A stretch of DNA of 64,000 bases from Vicinamibacteria bacterium (lineage in GTDB: Bacteria; Acidobacteriota; Vicinamibacteria; Marinacidobacterales; Marinacidobacteraceae). The position numbers and the translations under genes were made by a program. The notes below the pieces were generated by a model. That model did no database searches, was not told where the DNA came from, and saw only the letters and a list, made by a program, of their open reading frames with translations. This document shows, in pieces, positions 21,076-28,147 of this stretch. The number at the start of each line of letters is the position of its first letter. Within the stretch, counting starts at the first letter, position 1. The stretch spans positions 416,001 to 480,000 of the forward strand of contig OZ219815.1 in the NCBI GenBank assembly GCA_964291235.2, in the 5' to 3' direction.

Positions 21076-22164
21076 CTACTTGCCGGTGGCCGGCGCGCCG
21101 TCGGCTCCGGGCGGCCACCGGGTGGATCGGTAGGCCTGTTCCGGGTGGGTGATTCGGTCCGGGATGGTGCGTTCGAGGACGCCCTCCTCGACGAGCGGGC
21201 TCAGGTGACGCTTCGCGAGGTTCTCGGGGTCTATCTGCAACAGCAGCCCGAGAGTCTCGGAGGTGGCCGGACCTCGCTCGTTCAGGGTCCGCCAGATGGT
21301 GAATCGCAATGCCGCCTTGCGGGGACGTTTGCCCAGCGTGAGGATCTGGACGCGCAGGTTGTCCGACAACTCGGCGAGGGCTTCGGCGCGCGGCCCGGGG
21401 GGAACGCCGGGAACGGGCGAGGGCTCGGCCGGTGCGGAAGAAGGCGTGGATTCCTCCGGTAGATCAGGGGAACGGACAGGTTCCTCCGGCGGATCGGGGG
21501 AGGCCGCAGGCTCGTCCGGTGGACCCGGGGAAGCTACGGGCTCCTCCGGTGGACCCTGGGAAGCTGCGGGCTCCTCCGGCGCACCGGAACAGGCAGGTTC
21601 CTCCGATGGACCGAGGGAGGCGGCTGGCTCGCCCGGCGCCGCTGGCGGCGGCGTCCCTGGAGCCGGGCGCGGCCCGGCTCCAGAAGGGAGCCGCTCCGGT
21701 GTGGGGGGACGCGTGCCGGGTGCGCGCTCGTTGTCGAGGATGCTGGGAATACGGTCCGCTTCACGGCCGATGCCGACGAGCACGAGCACGGAGCGGCCGA
21801 ACAGGCGGCTGCCGGTCGCGAGGAGTGCGGCCACCTCGCGGCCCCGGCTGCCGGGTGGGAACGCCCTCTGCAACTGCCCCGCGAGCCGGTCCGCGATGCC
21901 GCGCATCTCCTGGATGACTTTCGCCGCGTTGCGGAGCGTCCGGGCAGTGCGTCGCAGCGCCGGACCGGTGTTCGTCCGGAGCCAGCCGTACGCGTCTCGG
22001 ATGCCTTCGGCGATGTACGGCACCCAGAGCCAGAGGCTGTAGAGCCGGGGCCGCGGCTTTTTGAGCCAGCCGCGGATGAGGTCAAGACCGAGTGGCTCGC
22101 CGGGCAGCGACTCCGGCTGCTCCTCTGCGGGAGGCAGCTCGCCGCGAAGGTTGAGGCCTTGCAC
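21076..22164 (-). CDS. Protein with Pro/Glu-rich repeat linker and C-terminal winged-helix (Fic-like C-terminal) domain; start uncertain
   Basis: L..RHLSPLVEEGVLERTIPDRITHPEQAYR; about six PEEPAASPGP repeats. Confidence 0.65.
   Translation of the reverse strand: MQGLNLRGELPPAEEQPESLPGEPLGLDLIRGWLKKPRPRLYSLWLWVPYIAEGIRDAYGWLRTNTGPALRRTARTLRNAAKVIQEMRGIADRLAGQLQRAFPPGSRGREVAALLATGSRLFGRSVLVLVGIGREADRIPSILDNERAPGTRPPTPERLPSGAGPRPAPGTPPPAAPGEPAASLGPSEEPACSGAPEEPAASQGPPEEPVASPGPPDEPAASPDPPEEPVRSPDLPEESTPSSAPAEPSPVPGVPPGPRAEALAELSDNLRVQILTLGKRPRKAALRFTIWRTLNERGPATSETLGLLLQIDPENLAKRHLSPLVEEGVLERTIPDRITHPEQAYRSTRWPPGADGAPATGK
21440..21635 (-). repeat. 30-bp coding tandem repeat (about 6 copies)
   Basis: PEEPA(A/V)SPGP decapeptide units visible in DNA and protein. 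Confidence 0.8.
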
Positions 22165-22272
22165 GTGGGGCGAGCGTATCGGAGCCGGCACTGCCGTTTT
22201 GCCGGTCCAATCGCCTTTTTTTGAGTGACTTGAATGTAAGTTACGAATGCAAACGACGGGCGTCAGTCGAGG

Positions 22273-22446
22273 AGCTCCGGTCGATATCCGGGGTCGGCGG
22301 TGGTAGCTCCGGTCGATATCGGGGATCGGCGACGGAAGCTCCGGTCGATATCCGAGGTCGGCGGCGGGAGCTCCGGTCGATATCCCGGGTCGGCGGCGGA
22401 AGCTCCGGTCGATATCGAGGGTCGGCGGCGCGAGCTCCGGTCGATA
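22273..22446. repeat. 32-bp tandem repeat array, left arm (6 cores)
   Basis: Core AGCTCCGGTCGATA at 22273, 22305, 22337, 22369, 22401, 22433. Confidence 0.97.
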
Positions 22447-22505
22447 ACACCCGTCGGTAATGCGGGTCCGCTCCAAAGGAAAGGTGCCGATAGCATGAGG
22501 GTGCG

Positions 22506-22727
22506 ATGACTCGCTACCTGACCGCAATCGTTGAACGGGAGGGTGACGGATATGTCGCCCTGTGCCCCGAAGTAGATGTCGCAGCCCAGGGAGACACCGT
22601 TGCCGAAGCACGCGCGAACCTGACGGAAGCACTGACCCTTTTCTTCGAGACCGCCTCCGCGGAGGAACTCGATCGGCGCCTGGGTGGAGAGATCTACGTG
22701 ACGCAGGTCGAGGTCGCCGCTGGATAG
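22506..22727 (+). CDS. hicB: HicB-family antitoxin (short form)
   Basis: AIVEREGDGYVALCPEVDVAAQGDTVAEARANL.EA. Confidence 0.9.
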   Translation: MTRYLTAIVEREGDGYVALCPEVDVAAQGDTVAEARANLTEALTLFFETASAEELDRRLGGEIYVTQVEVAAG

Positions 22728-22947
22728 GCCGCGCGTTCTTTCCGGCCGGGATGGCTGCCGCATCCTGGCCTCCCATGGTTTCGTGGAGGCATGGCGGCGG
22801 GGCAGCCATGTCGTGGTCCAGAAGGTCGAGGCCGGGCGCACAGTGACGGTGCCGATTCCCGATCACTCGGAGTTACGCATCGGCACCCTGCTGTCGATCA
22901 TTCGGCAATCCGGCGTCCCCCGTCCCGAATTCGAACGGAACTCCTGA
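22720..22947 (+). CDS. hicA: HicA-family mRNA interferase toxin (probable CTG start; absent from ORF track)
   Basis: Manual translation: (M)DRPRVLSGRDGCRILASHGFVEAWRRGSHVVVQKVEAGRTVTVPIPDHSELRIGTLLSIIRQSG; GSH motif; GAGG 6 nt upstream. Confidence 0.88.
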   Translation: MDRPRVLSGRDGCRILASHGFVEAWRRGSHVVVQKVEAGRTVTVPIPDHSELRIGTLLSIIRQSGVPRPEFERNS

Positions 22948-22967
22948 GACAAACGGTTTCCAGACGG

Positions 22968-24071
22968 AGCTCCGGTCGATATCCGGGATCGGGGGTGGGA
23001 GCTCCGGTCGATATCCAGGGTCGGCGGCGGGAGCTCCGGTCGATATCCGGGATCGGCGACGGGAGCTCCGGTCGATATCCGGGATCGGCGACGGAAGCTC
23101 CGGTCGATATCCGAGGTCGGCGGCGGAAGCTCCGGTCGATATCCGGGATCGGCGACGGGAGCTCCGGTCGATATCCGGGATCGGCGACGCCAGCTCCGGT
23201 CGATATCCGGGGTCGGTGGCGGGAGCTCCGGTCGATATCCGGGATCGGCGACGGGAGCTCCGGTCGATATCCAGGATCGGCGGCGGAAGCTCCGGTCGAT
23301 ATCCGGGATCGGTGGCGGAAGCTCCGGTCGATATCCGGGATCGGCGACGGGAGCTCCGGTCGATATCCGAGGTCGGCGGCGGAGACTCCGGTCGATATCC
23401 AGGGTCGGCGGCGGGAGCTCCGGTCGATATCCGGGATCGGCGACGGGAGCTCCGGTCGATATCCGGGATCGGCGACGGGAGCTCCGGTCGATATCCGGGA
23501 TCGGCGGTGGGAGCTCCGGTCGATATCCGGGGTCTGCGGTGGCAGCTCCGGTCGATATCGAAGGTCGGCGACGCCAGCTCCGGTCGATATCGGGGATCGG
23601 CGACGGGAGCTCCGGTCGATATCGAGGGTCGGCGGTGGCAGCTCCGGTCGATATCGAGGTCGGCGACGGCAGCTCCGGTCGATATCCGAGGTCGGCGACG
23701 GGAGCTCCGGTCGATATCCGGGATCGGCCGCGGGAGCTCCGGTCGATATCCGGGATCGGCGGCGGGAGCTCCGGTCGATATCCGGGATCGGCGGCGGGAG
23801 CTCCGGTCGATATCGAGGGTCGGGGACGTTAGCTCCGGTCGATATCGGGGATCGGCGGTGGGAGCTCCGGTCGATATCCGGGATCGGCGACGGAAGCTCC
23901 GGTCGATATCCGGGATCGGGGTGGGAGCTCCGGTCGATATCCGGGATCGGCAGCGGTAGCTCCGGTCGATATCGGGGATCGGCGGCGGAAGCTCCGGTCG
24001 ATATCCGGGGTCGGCGCGACAGAAGCTCCGGTCGATATCCGGGGCCGGCGACAGAAGCTCCGGTCGATATC
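22968..24071. repeat. 32-bp tandem repeat array, right arm (about 35 cores)
   Basis: Core AGCTCCGGTCGATATC every 32 bp from 22968, apart from two 31-bp units and one 34-bp unit; second half semi-variable. Confidence 0.97.
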
Positions 24072-24077
24072 TGTCAA

Positions 24078-24123
24078 GAGACACGAACTTTTGCGCACTT
24101 GGGAGACACCTACTTTTGCGCAC
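24078..24123. repeat. 21-bp direct repeat pair at array end
   Basis: GAGACAC-GA-ACTTTTGCGCAC and GAGACAC-CT-ACTTTTGCGCAC, period 25. Confidence 0.8.
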
Positions 24124-24168
24124 CACGTGGCGGGGGGGAGCGATGCGCCGCCCGCGGGCCTGCGGCCC

Positions 24169-24334
24169 GCTGTGCCGACCTGGAGGTCGGCGTTCCCGTG
24201 CCGGCGCGACGTGGGGCTGGAGAGCGATGTGCGTTTCGCGGCCTGTGGCCGCGATGCCGGCCGGAGGCCGGCGCTCCTATGGGTGGGCGCCGCGGAGCGG
24301 GTGGCGGGCGATGCCAGCCGGAGGCGGGCGCTCC
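24169..24334 (-). repeat. REP cluster (type B at 24169-24197, type A at 24251-24277, degenerate copy 24308-24334)
   Basis: Reverse-complement matches to 20762-20790 and 184-229. Confidence 0.85.
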
Positions 24335-24412
24335 GGGACCGATTCGCGGGCGATGGCGCGCGTGTGGTACACCCGTCCCCGGTCGCTAACTGGCGACCCA
24401 GGAGGAACGGTC

Positions 24413-26185
24413 ATGCGCACCCTTCTTTTTTCTGCCCTGCTGCTCGTCGCGCTGCCGGCCCAGGCGGGCCAGTTCGCGAGCATTCCGGAGGACATCGACT
24501 TCGATTTCGAGCGGTGGCCGTATCCCCTGCACCAGGAAGTAACGGACCGCCTGCACGAGCTGGCGGAGATGCATCCGAACCTCGCCCGCACCCACGTCAT
24601 CGGGAAGAGCCGGCAGGGGCGGGACCTCGTCGTCCTCGAGATCACGAACTTCGAGACCGGCCCCGGCGAGGAAAAGCCGGGGCTCTGGTTCGACGGCAAC
24701 ATCCACGCCGTCGAGGTCACCGGGCGCCAGATGATGTGGTACTTCGCGGAGGCCGCCATCGCGAGCTACGGGAAGGACCCGGTCGCGACGCGCATGCTGG
24801 ATACCCGCACCTTCTACGTCATGCCCATCTTCGACGCGGACGGCGGGGAGGCCGCCCTCACCCGGCATCCGGCCTGGCCCGAACACAAACCGGAAGAGCA
24901 CAACGGGAAGGACCTCGACGGCGACGGCTACATCACCCGGATGCGGGTCCAGGACCCGGAGGGGAACTCCTACCCGAGCTGGATCGACGAGCGCCACATG
25001 CTCCAGACCCGGACCCGCGACGGCGGCCGCTGGAACTTCGTCCCCACCGAGCTGGAAGACCCCGGGGACTTCGAGAGACTCGCCGCTCCCGAGAGCCGCT
25101 ACCGCGTCTACACCGAAGGCCAGGACCTCACCCGCGAGGTGACCGACGAGCGCGAGGAAGCGAACTTCAACCGCAACTGGTCCGCCGAATGGCAGCGGCA
25201 CGAGCCGGGGGCCGGCCCCTATCCCTTCTCCCTGCCCGAGGTCCGCGCGGTGGCGGAGTTCATCACCTCCTATCCCAACATCTTCTTCACCTACACGATC
25301 CACTCGGGGGGCGGGGCCCGGAACTACATCGTCCGCCCGCCGATGAGCCATCCCTTCGAGTACATGCCCCCGGAGGACAACGACTTCTACACCCGTCTGG
25401 GCGCGGTCTGGTCCTGGCTCTCGAAGGGCGGGGTGATGAACAACAACTGGTACGCCCAGGAAGTGAAGGCCGGCCGCTACGGCGAGACGATGCACGGCTT
25501 CTCGAACGACTGGGCCTACATGAATGTGGGCATTCACAGCCTGCTGCCCGAGATCTCAGGCGCGGGGCGGGACTACGACCAGGACGGCTACGTGACGCAG
25601 TACGAAGTCCTGCGCTGGGTGGACGAGGAGAAGGACGGGGTCTATTTCGCTCCCTGGACGGCGTATCAGCATCCGGAACTGGGCGAGGTCGAGATCGGCG
25701 GCTACCGGGGACTTCCCCAGGGGATTGACGACCGCCTCGAGTTCGAGTCCGAGATCCACTACCAGTACCTGATGGAGATCGCCGGCCGGTCGCCGTTGCT
25801 CCGCATCATCGAACTCGACGCGGAAGAGGTCGGCGCGGGCGAGCACCGCGTCACCGCCGTGCTGCAGAACCAGGGGTACGTCTCCACCTACGTCACCCGG
25901 AAGGCCCTCGAAATCGATCTCGATTACCCGATCCTGGCGGAGATCCGGGTCCAAGGGGGCGAGGTGACGAGCGGCCCGGCCAAGGTGGACGCCGGACACA
26001 TCCTCGGCAAGCTGGCCTACATCCGCCGCTGGGGATCGGGCGCCGACGAGTCGCGGAAGACCGTCTCGTGGACGGTTCGGGGAGACGGCCCGATGGAAGT
26101 CACGGTGGACGCCTGGGCGAAACGCGCCGGACGGGCTCAGCGCACCATCACCATCGGTTCCACCGACGGGAGCGCGTCGCGCTGA
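24413..26185 (+). CDS. Secreted M14 zinc carboxypeptidase
   Basis: AGGAGG RBS, signal peptide, DGNIHAVE (HxxE), NFNRNW, TIHS; DxDxDG motifs. Confidence 0.88.
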   Translation: MRTLLFSALLLVALPAQAGQFASIPEDIDFDFERWPYPLHQEVTDRLHELAEMHPNLARTHVIGKSRQGRDLVVLEITNFETGPGEEKPGLWFDGNIHAVEVTGRQMMWYFAEAAIASYGKDPVATRMLDTRTFYVMPIFDADGGEAALTRHPAWPEHKPEEHNGKDLDGDGYITRMRVQDPEGNSYPSWIDERHMLQTRTRDGGRWNFVPTELEDPGDFERLAAPESRYRVYTEGQDLTREVTDEREEANFNRNWSAEWQRHEPGAGPYPFSLPEVRAVAEFITSYPNIFFTYTIHSGGGARNYIVRPPMSHPFEYMPPEDNDFYTRLGAVWSWLSKGGVMNNNWYAQEVKAGRYGETMHGFSNDWAYMNVGIHSLLPEISGAGRDYDQDGYVTQYEVLRWVDEEKDGVYFAPWTAYQHPELGEVEIGGYRGLPQGIDDRLEFESEIHYQYLMEIAGRSPLLRIIELDAEEVGAGEHRVTAVLQNQGYVSTYVTRKALEIDLDYPILAEIRVQGGEVTSGPAKVDAGHILGKLAYIRRWGSGADESRKTVSWTVRGDGPMEVTVDAWAKRAGRAQRTITIGSTDGSASR

Positions 26186-27468
26186 GAGGGTTGCTTGCGC
26201 CCGCCGCGCTGACCGTCGCGACCGCCGCCGGGGCTTTCGCGCAGCCGGAACCACCTGCCCGGATTCCGGATCCGGACACCGCGGCCATGGAGCCGCAGGT
26301 GCGGGAGAAGATCACCCGGCAACGACACGTCGTCGAAGCGGACCCCGATTCGGCCGAGAACTGGGGATCCCTCGGCCGAACCTTCCAGGCTCACGGTCTC
26401 GAGCCCGAGGCGGAAGCGGCGTATCTCCGGGCCGAAGAACTCGATCCCACGGACTTCCGCTGGCCCTACCTGCGCGCCGCCGCCCTCCGGAACACCCGGC
26501 CGGAGGAAGCGCTCTCCGCGGCCGACCGGACTTCACGACTGCATCCGGGCTACGCGCCCGCCCATCTCCTGGCGGCGGAACTGCTGGAGGGCGCCGGGAG
26601 TCCTGAACAGGCCATGGACCGCTACCGCCAAACCCTCGAAATTGCGCCGGACGCGGCCCTGGCGGAACTCGGGATCGGACGTCTGCTCCTGAGGCGCGGT
26701 GCACCGGGCGCCGCCCGGGAACATCTGGAACGGGCGGCCGCGCTCGCCCCGCGGGCCGGGCCGGTCCACGCCGAACTCGCGCGGCTCCATACCCGGCAAG
26801 GCGACCGGGAGGCGGCCCGGCGGGCAGCGGAGGCGGCCCGGCAACTGCCCGACCTGGTCCCCGTGGACGATCCGGTGCTCACCGAGGTCTGGGACGAGGC
26901 GGTGTCCGCGCGGGGCTATCAGCAGCGGGCGCTCCGCGCCGAGGCCGCCGGAGAGTTCGAGGCGGCCGAGACGCTCTACGGCCACCTGTTGGGTCTTCGT
27001 CCCGGCGATCCGGACATCCTCTACAACTTCGGCAACCTCTACGTGCGCACGCGGCGCTTCGGGGAAGCGGCGGAGTGCTACGAGGAGGCGCTCGCAGCGC
27101 GTCCGGCGCACGTCGCAGCCCGGGTGAATCTGGGAAGCGCGCTCCTCATGCTCGGCCGGCGGGACGAGGCGATCGAGCACCTCCTGCGCGCGCTGGAAGA
27201 CGATCCGGCGGAGCCGGACGCGAACCGGACGCTGGGTGGGCTCTTCGCGTTCCGGGGAGACAACGAGGCGGCCATGCGCCACTACCGCGCGGTGCTGGCC
27301 CACGATCCGCAGGACGGCCCGGTGCACCGCGACCTCGCGATCGTGCTGGCCGCGGAGGGGGAATTCGCCGCCGCCTGGGAGCACGTCGCAGCGGCCGAGA
27401 GGCTCGGTTCGCCGCCCAGCGCGGACTTCCTGTTGCGGCTCCAGGCGGCACTGCCGCGACCCGGTTAG
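26182..27468 (+). CDS. Secreted TPR-repeat protein (probable CTG start)
   Basis: Multiple TPR units (A...Y..AL...P....A...LG); signal peptide follows a CTGA overlap with the upstream stop. Confidence 0.85.
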   Translation: MRGLLAPAALTVATAAGAFAQPEPPARIPDPDTAAMEPQVREKITRQRHVVEADPDSAENWGSLGRTFQAHGLEPEAEAAYLRAEELDPTDFRWPYLRAAALRNTRPEEALSAADRTSRLHPGYAPAHLLAAELLEGAGSPEQAMDRYRQTLEIAPDAALAELGIGRLLLRRGAPGAAREHLERAAALAPRAGPVHAELARLHTRQGDREAARRAAEAARQLPDLVPVDDPVLTEVWDEAVSARGYQQRALRAEAAGEFEAAETLYGHLLGLRPGDPDILYNFGNLYVRTRRFGEAAECYEEALAARPAHVAARVNLGSALLMLGRRDEAIEHLLRALEDDPAEPDANRTLGGLFAFRGDNEAAMRHYRAVLAHDPQDGPVHRDLAIVLAAEGEFAAAWEHVAAAERLGSPPSADFLLRLQAALPRPG

Positions 27469-27478
27469 CAATCCGACC

Positions 27479-27841
27479 TCAGGATGCGGGTTCCCAGAGC
27501 TCGATCGCGTTTCCTTCGGGGTCGTGAATGCGGGCGAAGCGGCCGATCCCCTCCATCTCGCTTTCGTGGCTGACCTCGATGTCCGCGGACTTCAGTTGGG
27601 TGACCATCGCGTCCAGGTCGGCCACGCGGAAATTCAGCATGAACGTCTTGTCCGCTGCGAAATAGTCCGAATCAGCAGCGAAGGGGGCGAAAACCGTGAC
27701 CCCGGATTCGGTCACCCAGGGCGCCATCTCCATGTTCGTCGGAGCGGGATTGATGCCGAGGTGATCCTGGTACCACTTCGCGAGTCGTTCCGGGTCGTTT
27801 GCCCGAAAGAAGAATCCGCCAAGTCCTTGAACGTGTTGCAC
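27479..27841 (-). CDS. VOC/glyoxalase-family protein
   Basis: GLGGFFF, LNFRV.DLD, GRFA.I.DPEGN.IELWEP. Confidence 0.9.
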   Translation of the reverse strand: MQHVQGLGGFFFRANDPERLAKWYQDHLGINPAPTNMEMAPWVTESGVTVFAPFAADSDYFAADKTFMLNFRVADLDAMVTQLKSADIEVSHESEMEGIGRFARIHDPEGNAIELWEPAS

Positions 27842-28147
27842 GCCACGCCTCCTCTATCGAGGGCTGAGGCTAGCAGCGGCGCCCACTCCGGGGAGGGCGC
27901 CGAGCGCCGTGCGTGGACCACCGGGATATGAATTCAGACGGCGACAGGTTTCCGCATTTGAAGCTCGTGCGGGCGATCTGATATACCCGACCGAAGAGGT
28001 CGGAGTTAGGCACCCGGCCTGTCAGTCATGCGTTTTCGGGGACGCTGCGCACTGGCCAGAAATGGCGGTGGCGGAGCCGTGCCCGGACTTCTTTCACCGG
28101 GGTCTTCGGGCCGCCGGTCTCTTGGCCAGCGTGTCGAGGGGGTTTCC

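Noticed and set aside
22273-24071. CRISPR array
   Set aside because: The constant part is only 16 nt, the intervening 16 nt are variants of one another rather than unique spacers, and no cas genes are in the window
22791-24389. Long ORFs across the repeat array (532, 417 and 247 aa) as real proteins
   Set aside because: The repeat unit has essentially no stop codons in any frame, so long ORFs arise automatically; kept only as a hypothesis in findings
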